DNA of 64,000 nucleotides from a virus, in the IMG/VR virus record IMGVR_UViG_3300047498_000060, positions 45,052 to 109,051 of that record; one strand, written 5' to 3'. Made by a program: the position numbers and the translations under genes. A model generated the notes under the pieces. That model saw only the letters and a list, made by a program, of their open reading frames with translations. It searched no databases and had not been told where the DNA came from. Positions 45,259 through 54,345 of this stretch are shown in pieces (position 1 is the stretch's first letter; each line of letters begins with the position of its first letter).

Positions 45259-45579
45259 TCATGGGGTCCACGCGTACAGGACGTCCATCTCACGGATGAG
45301 ACCGACACTGTCTCCAAGCTCGGAGAACATCGTGCGGACAATCTGCTTGCCCTGCTGATGCTCCAGGTGTTCGCGGAAGAAGGCAACCTTCTCCCCGGGC
45401 GCGACGCTGGTGGGCGTGCGCACCGATGTGTTTCCGACGTACCGACCTGGCCCTGCAGCGAGGACGGTGCCCGTGCGGATGCGCTCGGCAGCAGTGCCGT
45501 CGACGAAGATGGACCCGATCTTCTCGGGGAGCTTGTCGAGGCTGACGACAAGCCAGTCGTGGAACGGTCGGAGCTTCAC
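45259..45579 (-). CDS. groES: Co-chaperonin GroES (Cpn10)
   Basis: MKLRPFHDWLVV, GTVLAAGPG, V.PGEKV, IREMDVL. Confidence 0.85.
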   Translation of the reverse strand: MKLRPFHDWLVVSLDKLPEKIGSIFVDGTAAERIRTGTVLAAGPGRYVGNTSVRTPTSVAPGEKVAFFREHLEHQQGKQIVRTMFSELGDSVGLIREMDVLYAWTP

Positions 45580-45923
45580 GGGCTCTCGGCGATGATGTCT
45601 GCGCCGTCCGTATCAGGAACCTTCTTCGGGGCGATCTTGCTCTTGTACTGCTCGGTCAGGAACTTCGCGAGCTTCCCGTCCTCGCGGAGCTTCTTGAGAC
45701 TCGAGGCATAGTTGATGCCGTTCGGTGCGCGGTACCACTGTCCTGCCATGCGCTGGAAGAGCTCATCGACTTCCTTGCCGTCCTCACCGACATAACGGAC
45801 GGCGAAGATCTCCACCGGCTGGAAGCCGATGACAGAGCCCGGCAGGGCGTTGGAGGAAAGAGCGGTCTGCCCTCGGGGGATGAGGACACCGTTGCTGCGG
45901 CCTCGGTTGCTCGCGTTATCCAT
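45576..45923 (-). CDS. Hypothetical protein
   Basis: Biased codons, GTGA coupling. Confidence 0.6.
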   Translation of the reverse strand: MDNASNRGRSNGVLIPRGQTALSSNALPGSVIGFQPVEIFAVRYVGEDGKEVDELFQRMAGQWYRAPNGINYASSLKKLREDGKLAKFLTEQYKSKIAPKKVPDTDGADIIAESP

Positions 45924-46635
45924 GTGCTTGTTCTTTCTCTTTGAGGAACGTGTCGAATTTCTGCTGCAGGTCCTCGCGAGAGATCCACGGCTTGCCGTGA
46001 TTCCACTCACGCGGAAGGTAGAAACGGTCTACGGACTTGATGCTCAGGAGGTAGGCGACACTGACTGCTGCCCACTTGCTGTAGGCGCGGAGCTCGAACG
46101 AGGTCTTGCAGCGCTCCGTGCAGACCATGGTGATGTCGGCCACCCCACCCTCGGGGACCTGGAGGATGTCTCGGATCCAGAAGCCGCAGCAGGGGCACTC
46201 CGCCTTACCATCACGCACGCGTGTGTAGACCAGGGGGCCAAAGGCCTGAGCTAGGGTGTCGATGCCGGCGCGGAGCGGAGGGGGTATGTACATCGTGGTC
46301 TCCGACTTCTTCTGCGCCATCGCGTTCAGCGGAGTCGAGGGCTGCTCATACGTGAGCGCGGCGATGCCTGCCACCGGGTCAGTGCGGAGGAGTGTGACGG
46401 TTCCCTCATCGAGGGGTACGGAGAGCAGCCCGGGACGATCGATGCGCTGAAGGATGACTTCGGTAGATGCATCAGCTTCGATCTCCTTGAGTATGCTGCA
46501 GAGGCGCTTCAGCATCTCGCGATACTCGAGTGAGAAGGGTTCCACAGCCTCGCGCCACTGAAGGTTGACGTACTCGAAGCTCCCCTCGTAGCGATGCTCC
46601 ACGCGCCTGTACCGTAGGACAATCTGCTTACCCAT
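45916..46635 (-). CDS. Hypothetical protein with CPCC Zn motif
   Basis: AGGAG RBS; CPCCG...CTERC. Confidence 0.6.
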   Translation of the reverse strand: MGKQIVLRYRRVEHRYEGSFEYVNLQWREAVEPFSLEYREMLKRLCSILKEIEADASTEVILQRIDRPGLLSVPLDEGTVTLLRTDPVAGIAALTYEQPSTPLNAMAQKKSETTMYIPPPLRAGIDTLAQAFGPLVYTRVRDGKAECPCCGFWIRDILQVPEGGVADITMVCTERCKTSFELRAYSKWAAVSVAYLLSIKSVDRFYLPREWNHGKPWISREDLQQKFDTFLKEKEQAHG

Positions 46636-47137
46636 GACTCTCTCCTGAAGGGGCGTCGGCCACCTTCGCTGCGAGGCCGACAGGCCGGACGATGCGGTAG
46701 ACGACAGCCCCGGCTGGGCCTGCAGCGAAGTGCAGGACAGTGCCATTCCAGAGCTCGATGGCATCGATTATGGCGACCTCCTGTCCCTGAACGTTGGATC
46801 CAGTGACCTTGCGAATCGGGTATTCGGAGAGAACCTCGCGCACGTTGTCGATAGAACAGAGCTGCTCCTCTGGGAGGCCACACCCCTTGAACGCAGAGAA
46901 GGCCTCAACCGGCGTGAGATCACGCAGGGTGAGGGCAGAGTAGACGCGCGCGTCTACAAGCTCCTCCGACATCCCGGTGCAGTGCTTCTCGCAACGCGGA
47001 CATGGGAACTTGTCCGGCCAGAACTCACTCTTGTCGCCGACGAGCTCACGCAGCTCACGAATAGAGTGGTGCTGGGCCACGTTCGCCGGCATGACCCGGA
47101 TGGCAAACGCACAGGGGATACAGACCACGACGATCAT
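46628..47137 (-). CDS. Cys-rich hypothetical protein
   Basis: CIPC and CPRC pairs. Confidence 0.6.
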   Translation of the reverse strand: MIVVVCIPCAFAIRVMPANVAQHHSIRELRELVGDKSEFWPDKFPCPRCEKHCTGMSEELVDARVYSALTLRDLTPVEAFSAFKGCGLPEEQLCSIDNVREVLSEYPIRKVTGSNVQGQEVAIIDAIELWNGTVLHFAAGPAGAVVYRIVRPVGLAAKVADAPSGESHG

Positions 47138-47442
47138 ACGGAGGGCACCCCGTCATCGGCGTAGTCCGACTCTTCGTGGGCAGGCGGCTCTTCCTCGTGG
47201 GGAATGTACGCGCGCGCGCTCGTAACTACATCAGCGTCACCGATGGGCACCTCTTCCAGGCGCGCGATAACCGGAGGCGCTGCATGCGCATGGATGTGTG
47301 CCTTCATGACGCGCTCCGCTACTTCATCATCAACCGGGCACTGCACGGTCTCCCCGGTGGGAAGGATGAGCACCAGGAAGTTCTGCATGACGTTCTTACG
47401 GAGGTCGACACGTTGGACGACGCTACTGATCTCGCAGTTCAT
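47134..47442 (-). CDS. Hypothetical protein
   Basis: ATGA coupling. Confidence 0.55.
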   Translation of the reverse strand: MNCEISSVVQRVDLRKNVMQNFLVLILPTGETVQCPVDDEVAERVMKAHIHAHAAPPVIARLEEVPIGDADVVTSARAYIPHEEEPPAHEESDYADDGVPSV

Positions 47443-47723
47443 TGGGGCACCGGTGGCTTGGGCTGGTTCGCACGAGCACGCTCAGCTGCGTCGCCCTTCA
47501 GTAGCTTTGTGAGGGCTTGAACCTCGTTGACGACAGCGAGGGCGCTCTTGCCGATGCGGTGCAGGTTGATGAGCTCGAGACAGTGCGCCCACTGCTGGTC
47601 CCTGTAGTCGGGGTGGTCGGGCGGCATCACGTACGCCATGCACTCAGCGGAGCAAGCACGCTGCTGATCCTTGAAACAGAAGAGCCCGCTACCAGGGACT
47701 CGCTCTCTAGGTACTGCGGGCAT
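47439..47723 (-). CDS. Cys-rich hypothetical protein
   Basis: GGAGG RBS; FCF...C..ECMAY...C. Confidence 0.55.
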   Translation of the reverse strand: MPAVPRERVPGSGLFCFKDQQRACSAECMAYVMPPDHPDYRDQQWAHCLELINLHRIGKSALAVVNEVQALTKLLKGDAAERARANQPKPPVPQ

Positions 47724-48144
47724 CGTGTTCCTCCTTCTCGATGGCAGCGCGTGTCTCGACCACGCTCTTGGCGATGGCCTGCGCCGCGCCTCCGATGTAG
47801 CGCGCCACGGTACGGCTGAACAACTTCTGCTCGTCCTTGTCGTTGCCTGGCAGACTAACGAAGCCCCACTTGAGGAGCAGTTTGCCGAGCTCGAGGGACA
47901 TTTCTTTCCCTAGAAGTGCGCGGACATCCCTGGCGAAGTGCAGGAGCACTTCCTCCTTGGAGCCGTGGCCGTGATCGAAACGGTAGACGTTGAGCTGGGA
48001 GGAAGGCCCGGACCAAGTGCAGGTGAGGCACTTAGCCGGGCCTCCGAGCTCTGAAGACTCGATCTGCGCGCTGCCACAGGCAGGGCAGAAAGAACCCTTG
48101 TCTGTGGCGGCACGGTTGATGAGGCTGCTGTCGTTCGCTATCAC
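47707..48144 (-). CDS. Zn-ribbon hypothetical protein
   Basis: CPACG...CLTC. Confidence 0.6.
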   Translation of the reverse strand: MIANDSSLINRAATDKGSFCPACGSAQIESSELGGPAKCLTCTWSGPSSQLNVYRFDHGHGSKEEVLLHFARDVRALLGKEMSLELGKLLLKWGFVSLPGNDKDEQKLFSRTVARYIGGAAQAIAKSVVETRAAIEKEEHDARST

Positions 48145-48596
48145 GTCGGAATCACTTTCCCGAGTTTGGTGTAGAAGGCCCCACGTCGGGCCCGTACTTC
48201 TGGTGTGTCAGGCGCTGCTTCCTTCTCGACGCGTGTGGTCTTGCGCTTTGATTGCTTGGGTGCCTGCCAGAGCGGGCGGATACCCATGCCTGCGGAGCCT
48301 GCCCGTTTCACCTCGGCGGTGAGCGCCTTGATGACGTCGGTGTGCGTGTTCTTCTTCTGCGCCTCGAGCCACGGGAAGGCGGTCTTCATGTAGTCATCGA
48401 AGACTTCCTTGCCCTTGTCCTTGGAGACGACTGCCTGCGCGAGCGCCCTGGTGCGTGCGTGTTCGATCTGCTCTTTCTTCAGCACGTACAGTAGAAGGAC
48501 AGACTCCTGAAGTGACCCCGTCGGGGGCGGCTCGCGCAGAGACGCAAGCAGCAACGCTGCTCGTGCCCAGCCTTCTGGAGTCTCTAGCCATTTCCC
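48141..48596 (-). CDS. Probable -1 frameshift extension of tail assembly chaperone (gpT-like segment)
   Basis: Frame open from slippery heptamer G GGA AAT (48596-48590); only a TTG start without SD otherwise. Confidence 0.65.
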   Translation of the reverse strand, partial: GKWLETPEGWARAALLLASLREPPPTGSLQESVLLLYVLKKEQIEHARTRALAQAVVSKDKGKEVFDDYMKTAFPWLEAQKKNTHTDVIKALTAEVKRAGSAGMGIRPLWQAPKQSKRKTTRVEKEAAPDTPEVRARRGAFYTKLGKVIPT

Positions 48597-49855
48597 AGTC
48601 TCTCCGCGACGAAGAGCTTGCGAACGCGGACGTCGAACCAGAAGAAGTTCACGCCGAGCGCGCCGATCATGTGGAAGGAGTTGCGCGCGAGGAAGTCGAA
48701 CTTCTTCCAGAACGCCTCCTCATCGAACTTGCCGTTCGAGTCGAGGTGGCTCGGGACTTTGTTATCGTTGATGGCGTAGAGGCCGAGCACCACAGTCATG
48801 ACCGAAAACTTGTCAAGCAGGTAGCGCTCGTTGATCTCGAGACCCTTCGACTCGAGCATGATGAGCTTCTTGATCGCGAGATCGTCCGACGAAGCGATGG
48901 ACTGGAAGGTGGGCTCGAATTTGCCGGGAAGGATAGGCACCTTCTGCCGCACGTACCCGTGCATGATGAGGTCGTCGACCTCCATCTTCGGGCAGCGCTC
49001 CTCGATGATCGCGCGCTGCTCGTCATTGTTGATGATGTCCTTCATCATCATGTCGCGGAGAGTCGCGAAGTCGAGATCGTCCTCGACGCCCATCCTCTTC
49101 AGCGCCTCGGCAACGCGCGTCTTGTCGCTTGTCTGTGGTCCGTCCTTCGGTGCGTTGCCTAAGCGACCAGCAGCACCTGCCGAGCTTTGCACGGAGGCCT
49201 GCTCGGCAGCACGGTCCTCCGCTTCGGTGGTCGCTGACTGCCCGCGCGCGAGAGCTCCAAGGCGCTCAAGGTCCTGGAGGGACTCCGAACGCAGACCCTT
49301 TGTGGCCTGGTTCAGCTCCTGCGGGGGGACATGGCGGCGGTTCGCGCCCGTGCCACGGATGACGCCGTACTTGAGGGCGAGTTCGGGCTGAGACACTGCA
49401 ACCATCGAACCCTGCCCCTGACGGAACATGGGGTCCTGCTGTGCCTCCGCCGGCAGCAGATCGGTCGGGTAGATCTGCGGAGGACGGTTCTTGGTCTGCG
49501 GCGGGGCGAACGAGGCTGCCGCCTGCATCGCGGGGGACTGGGTAAAGATACCGCCCTGCGGCGGAGCTACCTGGCCGCTGACACCGGGCACAGCCGCGCG
49601 TTGGACAACCGCCTGGTCAGCCATCGTCATGCCCTCGCCCGCAGGTGCCTCGAGGTGGGGAATAGGTGGCGTCGGTCCTCCCGCCCGTTGGGTTGTGTAC
49701 TTCGGAATGCCTTGCCGGCTTAGTGGATGACGGTTGCGAGTCATCGCATCCGCCACGCGACGAGCGGCCGGGTCCGTCACACTCGCATGGACGAATGGCG
49801 AGCTGAGTTGGGTCGGTGCGTTCGGGTCTTTTACTACCGCGTCTCGTTTGGCCAT
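48584..49855 (-). CDS. Probable tail assembly chaperone (gpG-like) with long P/A/Q-rich N-terminus
   Basis: Helical C-terminal domain ending at correctly phased slippery site 2 codons before stop; family call rests mostly on the frameshift architecture. Confidence 0.55.
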   Translation of the reverse strand: MAKRDAVVKDPNAPTQLSSPFVHASVTDPAARRVADAMTRNRHPLSRQGIPKYTTQRAGGPTPPIPHLEAPAGEGMTMADQAVVQRAAVPGVSGQVAPPQGGIFTQSPAMQAAASFAPPQTKNRPPQIYPTDLLPAEAQQDPMFRQGQGSMVAVSQPELALKYGVIRGTGANRRHVPPQELNQATKGLRSESLQDLERLGALARGQSATTEAEDRAAEQASVQSSAGAAGRLGNAPKDGPQTSDKTRVAEALKRMGVEDDLDFATLRDMMMKDIINNDEQRAIIEERCPKMEVDDLIMHGYVRQKVPILPGKFEPTFQSIASSDDLAIKKLIMLESKGLEINERYLLDKFSVMTVVLGLYAINDNKVPSHLDSNGKFDEEAFWKKFDFLARNSFHMIGALGVNFFWFDVRVRKLFVAERLGNG

Positions 49856-49875
49856 GCGTTCCTGAATTGTCTAGG

Positions 49876-49904
49876 GTTGTACTGCCAGCGTGCTCACGCG
49901 TCAA
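49876..49904 (-). promoter_or_regulatory. Sigma70-type promoter TTGACG-17-TACAAC
   Basis: Exact 17-nt spacer; upstream of 49855 gene. Confidence 0.65.
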
Positions 49905-49910
49905 GGAATA

Positions 49911-49938
49911 GCTAAGCAAGAGGGGCAGGTGCCCCTCT
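49911..49938 (-). terminator. Hairpin plus TGCTTAGC
   Basis: AGAGGGGC/GCCCCTCT 8-bp stem right after stop at 49942. Confidence 0.7.
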
Positions 49939-49941
49939 GCC

Positions 49942-50388
49942 CTACTTCGGGAGAACCTCCGCGAGTAGGTGTGTCACGACCTCGAGGTCGGTGAATGCCG
50001 GTCTCTCGTTGTGGAAGGGTCGGTTCTCGAGCTTCGCCAGCACGACCCCGCCCTCCAGGCGCAGTGGGGGACTGGTCACCTTCGAGAGCGAACCCTTCAG
50101 CAAGTAGAAAGGCCCGTACTCCACGAGCTGCTCACTGAACTTGATGTACGACCGGCCAGTAAAGACGTGCCGCAGGTCACCCCCCTGCAGCACCAGCATC
50201 GCCGTCAGGTGCGAGAACACCAACTCGTCGAACGTGAACTTGCCCCAAAAGATGTTGCCCTTCGGGTGCGGTGTGCAGTTCGGTGTGCTCCAGGCACCGC
50301 CTCTTGCCCAGGCTAGCTCCTCCCCGTTCGTGCAGATCTGGATGCGCCGCTCGGTTGCTACTCGGTGGAAACCTTCCCTGGTGCCCAC
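49942..50388 (-). CDS. Hypothetical protein (start uncertain)
   Basis: Biased codons; GTG 50388 chosen. Confidence 0.5.
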   Translation of the reverse strand: MGTREGFHRVATERRIQICTNGEELAWARGGAWSTPNCTPHPKGNIFWGKFTFDELVFSHLTAMLVLQGGDLRHVFTGRSYIKFSEQLVEYGPFYLLKGSLSKVTSPPLRLEGGVVLAKLENRPFHNERPAFTDLEVVTHLLAEVLPK

Positions 50389-50618
50389 CCCTTCGGTCCC
50401 CTCGGGGGCGGAGGATCCGGCGCCTTCGTTACCTTCATTGCGTGTCTTTTGCACTTGTGGCACCTCCCAACTTCGGGATGCGAGGGAGAGAAGGGGATGA
50501 CAGTTCCCAACGCCCACCCGGCAGTTTCGGCTTGATCAATGAGACTCTTCCCCCCGCACCCTGGGTGCGTGCAGGTGAGTTCGTACTCGACGAACAGTGG
50601 GTTGACCATCTTGGGCAT
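50358..50618 (-). CDS. Zn-finger hypothetical protein
   Basis: CTHPGC and CHKC. Confidence 0.6.
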   Translation of the reverse strand: MPKMVNPLFVEYELTCTHPGCGGKSLIDQAETAGWALGTVIPFSPSHPEVGRCHKCKRHAMKVTKAPDPPPPRGPKGWAPGKVSTE

Positions 50619-51039
50619 GGGCTTTCCTCACGGCAGCTTGAACAGCGGAGAGATACTCTGCGTCCCCGGGATTGTACGCCCGGAGCCACCCAAGATTCTC
50701 ACAGTCGTGCGTGCAGGACGTGCGGATGTGAGAAAGAAAGGCGCCCATGCGACGGAGGTTCTCCCGTGGCTGACGAAGCACCGCAACGTCTGGGCTGCCG
50801 CAGCGCACGTTGATCTGCCCCAGGCCCACTGAGCAGGAGCCGTCAGCTTCGTGGCGCAGAGCCGTCGCTGTCCAGTGCGTCTCCCGGTTGATGAGCGCCG
50901 AGAAGATCCACGGGTCTAGGTTGCGCCCGTGGGCCTCCTCGAGGACCCAGCTGGCGTAGTGGTCGCGTTCCTTGTGCGACAGGTGTGGGTTGCTGTACTG
51001 GATTGCTGCGCTGAGCAGCAGCGCGCTGGTCGCGAACAT
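50536..51039 (-). CDS. Lytic transglycosylase (SLT-like)
   Basis: ALINRET catalytic Glu, SVGLGQIN, ENL..GA.L, AYNPG; hydrophobic N-terminus. Confidence 0.82.
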   Translation of the reverse strand: MFATSALLLSAAIQYSNPHLSHKERDHYASWVLEEAHGRNLDPWIFSALINRETHWTATALRHEADGSCSVGLGQINVRCGSPDVAVLRQPRENLRRMGAFLSHIRTSCTHDCENLGWLRAYNPGDAEYLSAVQAAVRKAHAQDGQPTVRRVRTHLHAPRVRGEESH

Positions 51040-51313
51040 CCTTGGCCTCCGACATCTTGATGATGGACTCAAGGACCTCCTTCTTCGAGAGGTCCTGCAC
51101 GGGGTTCGCCTTCCCTAGAATGAGCTCGCCCTTCACCAACGCGATGCGAATGGACTCGCGCGCGATCAGCTGCAGGCTCTTGAGCTCCTTCATGATGCGC
51201 TCCTCGAAGCGCAGCGCGATGGTGTTGCAATCCGGACAGACGAAGACCGCGGAGTAGATCTTCGCGTCTTCGGGAGCGACGTCCTTGTGGCAGTTCTGGC
51301 ATGGCAATCCCAT
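50843..51313 (-). CDS. Zn-finger hypothetical protein; leaderless
   Basis: CQNC and CPDC; TAGTCT 6 nt before ATG. Confidence 0.6.
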   Translation of the reverse strand: MGLPCQNCHKDVAPEDAKIYSAVFVCPDCNTIALRFEERIMKELKSLQLIARESIRIALVKGELILGKANPVQDLSKKEVLESIIKMSEAKDVRDQRAAAQRSNPVQQPTPVAQGTRPLRQLGPRGGPRAQPRPVDLLGAHQPGDALDSDGSAPRS

Positions 51314-51322
51314 GCCGGAAGA

Positions 51323-51859
51323 CTACCCCTCGGATGCGACGTCGTCAGTACCTGTCTTCGGGGGGAGCACCCGCAGGGTGCTTGCTGGCTTGCGAAGGAA
51401 CTTCTTCTGCAGGTCGGTCAGGCTCTCCGCCACGTAGTTTCGTAGAGACTCCTGCTCGAATGCCGCAGCTTCGGCCGAGATCTCTGCGTTGAGCGCGGCG
51501 TACTTCGAGCGCACAGCGAAGATGAACTGGTCGAGCTTCGCGTCGGCCGTGTGCGCATGCTGCTCGCAGTACTCCGGGGTTTGCATCGGATCGATGATGC
51601 GCTTGTACCGTGGCGCAACCGCGAAGTAATTCCGGAGGAAGTCGTACGCTCCTCGGGTGCGGCGGAGGATGGGAGCGGGTCGTGTGGCGACGGCGCCACA
51701 CACGCACTTCGGTACGAGCTCGTAGTCGAGCTTCGCCTGCTCCTCGGGGATGACCCCCTTGGGCAGCTTACTCTTCTGGTTCCAGATGATGCGCGCGACG
51801 ACGAATACGATCGCCGCAAGCGCTAGGAGTCCGGTGCCGTAGGTTTGCCAGAAGTCCAT
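51323..51859 (-). CDS. Membrane-anchored protein with Cys/His motifs
   Basis: N-terminal TM; CVCG...YCEQHAH; AAGGA RBS. Confidence 0.65.
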   Translation of the reverse strand: MDFWQTYGTGLLALAAIVFVVARIIWNQKSKLPKGVIPEEQAKLDYELVPKCVCGAVATRPAPILRRTRGAYDFLRNYFAVAPRYKRIIDPMQTPEYCEQHAHTADAKLDQFIFAVRSKYAALNAEISAEAAAFEQESLRNYVAESLTDLQKKFLRKPASTLRVLPPKTGTDDVASEG

Positions 51860-52101
51860 TCGCCTATTCCTTGTTCGGGGTCAGCTGCGTCTTGTAGTGC
51901 AGCACTGTCGTTCTGCAACTTCGCATCGAAGTCCATCTTGTTCAGCAGCTCCTTGAGTCGCTGCCAGATGTCTTCGATCTCGGGCTGTAGGTACTCGACG
52001 TCATCATTGACGTTCAACGCGGCCTGTTCGAGCTCCATCTGTGCGCGGTGCGCATGATGGCGGACCCAGAAGAGCCGGAGGGACGTGACGTCCTCAGCCA
52101 T
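51823..52101 (-). CDS. Coiled-coil hypothetical protein
   Basis: Overlap coupling; biased codons. Confidence 0.5.
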   Translation of the reverse strand: MAEDVTSLRLFWVRHHAHRAQMELEQAALNVNDDVEYLQPEIEDIWQRLKELLNKMDFDAKLQNDSAALQDAADPEQGIGEWTSGKPTAPDS

Positions 52102-52498
52102 TCGGGAAGTACACGTCGAGCTGTGTCCACCCGACCAGCGCTGCAGGGTCGAGGGTGACCATAATGTTGACCGCCTTCGGCGTGCGCGCATTCACCACGG
52201 TGAGCACGTCGTTCTTGCAGAGCGGTCGGGAGATGAGCTGCAGGAGGAACTGCAGGTTGGGGGGCCAGGTCTTCGGGAAGTTCGCCTTCCAGCCCGGCGG
52301 GAGCGGCGTCGCCGGATCCTGCCAGCGGATCCAGAGTGAGTGCCGCGTGATGTCGTTGGCCTTTTCGATCTCGCGCAAGTAGCCCTGGAGCTCCTGCGCC
52401 TTGGCCTGGTCGATCGACCCGTCCGGCTGGACCGTCGAGCGCTGCGCGAGCGCGATGAGGGCCTCATAACTCTGCTGGGTGAGGGTGAGATTGGGCAT
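52094..52498 (-). CDS. Hypothetical protein; leaderless
   Basis: TAGTCT 6 nt before ATG; strong codon bias. Confidence 0.7.
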   Translation of the reverse strand: MPNLTLTQQSYEALIALAQRSTVQPDGSIDQAKAQELQGYLREIEKANDITRHSLWIRWQDPATPLPPGWKANFPKTWPPNLQFLLQLISRPLCKNDVLTVVNARTPKAVNIMVTLDPAALVGWTQLDVYFPNG

Positions 52499-52510
52499 GC
52501 TGGAAGACTA

Positions 52511-53317
52511 CTACTCCTGGTCGGGGTAGATGAACTGCAAGGCGCTGAGCTCTTTGCTCACCAGAGCCTCGAGCTCCTCGAGTCCGTCCGCGTTGTTCAG
52601 CACCGAGGCGAACTTCCTCTGGTCGATACTGTTCTGCTCCTGCTCGCTGGCGTGCAGGGCGGCGGCTCCAGTAAGGCCGGCGCCTGGGCGCTCAATCTTC
52701 CAGACGTGACCACCTGCTGCGCGGATGGCGTCCACCTCGTTGATGAAACGGACATCGCTGATGACGACGCCTTGGGGTACGCGCTCGTTGATGTTGGTAC
52801 CTCCAGACAGAGCACCGTTCTTCGCGCTGTATCTGGTCACGTTCCTCAACAGGTCTGCTGCCACACGCAGCGCGTAGTCGACCCACACGTTGTCGTAGCA
52901 GCCACGTCCCCATTCTGTACCTAGCTGCTGAAGAGCATGGCGCGGGGTGAGGAACTCCGCCGGCAGTTTCACGTAGTGCATGTTGTGCTTGGCCATCCGC
53001 TTAGTGCAGAGGGCGCAGTCTCGATCGGCCAGTACGCGACCGATAGTCATCTCCTCGAACTTCTCGCCGAAGAGACGGTGACAGCACTTGGTGCACGTCC
53101 ACGCATTCTGCATCGGACGTCGCAGGTACCGCTCGTCCGGCTTGTTCCGCGCCTCACTCGGACCCCACAGCTGGGTGTCCGAGAAGTCAAAGACCTCCCT
53201 CGCTATGCGCTTCAAGGGGTCAGCGAGCGCCACGGCGACGAACCCGTGATTCTTCACCAGGAAGTCCGCGACCGTTGACTTTCCTGCACCTGCCTGACCA
53301 CAGAGTCCTATGAGCAT
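52511..53317 (-). CDS. Deoxynucleoside monophosphate kinase with Cys-rich insertion
   Basis: IGLCGQAGAGKST, ALADPLKR, TPRHALQQLGTEWGR, VISDVRF.NE. Confidence 0.9.
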   Translation of the reverse strand: MLIGLCGQAGAGKSTVADFLVKNHGFVAVALADPLKRIAREVFDFSDTQLWGPSEARNKPDERYLRRPMQNAWTCTKCCHRLFGEKFEEMTIGRVLADRDCALCTKRMAKHNMHYVKLPAEFLTPRHALQQLGTEWGRGCYDNVWVDYALRVAADLLRNVTRYSAKNGALSGGTNINERVPQGVVISDVRFINEVDAIRAAGGHVWKIERPGAGLTGAAALHASEQEQNSIDQRKFASVLNNADGLEELEALVSKELSALQFIYPDQE

Positions 53318-53946
53318 GCTGGATCTCCCTTCGCACCTAAACGCTCTCCGATCTGATGGCCTTCGGCTCGATGCTGCGGACAGACTTCAGCCAGATACGC
53401 GCCCTTCATCTGGCAGCCACACGCGTAGCCGAAATGATCGTTGGTGAAGATCTGCGCAACGTGTGCCTGGTGTAGGAAGTGGATCGGCATGTGTACGGCC
53501 TTGATGGACGCGCGCCTAAACCAATCGAGGGAGTCCTTGATGCGGTAGTCGTTGCGATAGATGACGCGCTGCACGCCCCCGAGGTTGATGAGGAGCTTGG
53601 CACAGCCGACGCAGGGGAGGTGCGAACAGAAGACAACCTTCGGCTTGTCGCGCTCGGCGCGGCAATTCACGACAGCGTTGGCCTCAGCATGGATGCAGCC
53701 GCAGTTGCCGACAGCTTCGTCTCCATGGCGGTCGCAGCCGTTCTTGTCGCCGGCGGCAGAGCCGTTGTATCCGACCCCGAAGACGTACCGAAAGTCCAGG
53801 CTGGTGATGACCGCGCCGACTTTCATCCGCTCGCAGGTGGAGCGCTCGCTCATCATCACAGCGAGGCGCAAGTAGATGTCCTGGAAGGTCGGTCTCTCCA
53901 GCATGGTGCCGTCCTCTCTGGGTCGGAACTCCGTGTGAACTCCCAT
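53308..53946 (-). CDS. dCMP deaminase
   Basis: RSTC.RMKVGAVI, GYNG, HAEANA, PCVGCAKLLI. Confidence 0.9.
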   Translation of the reverse strand: MGVHTEFRPREDGTMLERPTFQDIYLRLAVMMSERSTCERMKVGAVITSLDFRYVFGVGYNGSAAGDKNGCDRHGDEAVGNCGCIHAEANAVVNCRAERDKPKVVFCSHLPCVGCAKLLINLGGVQRVIYRNDYRIKDSLDWFRRASIKAVHMPIHFLHQAHVAQIFTNDHFGYACGCQMKGAYLAEVCPQHRAEGHQIGERLGAKGDPACS

Positions 53947-54065
53947 CAGCGCCACCCCGGTCCCACGAACTTGGCGATGGCGCAGATGCCCCCGATGATG
54001 AACCCGACCACGAACCCGATGAGCGCGGGCCAGATCCAGCTCGGAACAATGAAGTGAATTTCCAT
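53946..54065 (-). CDS. 39-aa single-TM peptide (not in ORF track)
   Basis: MEFHFIVPSWIWPALIGFVVGFIIGGICAIAKFVGPGWR; AGGAG RBS; TGATG coupling both sides. Confidence 0.55.
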   Translation of the reverse strand: MEIHFIVPSWIWPALIGFVVGFIIGGICAIAKFVGPGWR

Positions 54066-54343
54066 CAAACTCCTCTCGCTGCGAGCACCTCGCTGATGAT
54101 CTCGCGGGTGTGGTCGCAGACCCGGCGCTGCACCACAGGGGCGCGGCGTGCCGACGTACCAAAAACAAAGGCCCGGTCGAACACCTTTTCGTAGGTGCCG
54201 CCAGGCCAGGTGACCTTGACAGAGAACTCTCCGCGCGGTCGCGCTGCGATCGTGACTGTCGCGTAGGTGGAGCGCTCAAGGACCTGGCGCCGCTCTTCCA
54301 GCTTGGCGCGAAGCCTGGCTAGAAGAACGGCGCCGCGGTCCAT
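54065..54343 (-). CDS. Hypothetical protein
   Basis: Coupled ORF. Confidence 0.55.
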   Translation of the reverse strand: MDRGAVLLARLRAKLEERRQVLERSTYATVTIAARPRGEFSVKVTWPGGTYEKVFDRAFVFGTSARRAPVVQRRVCDHTREIISEVLAARGV

Positions 54344-54345
54344 GA

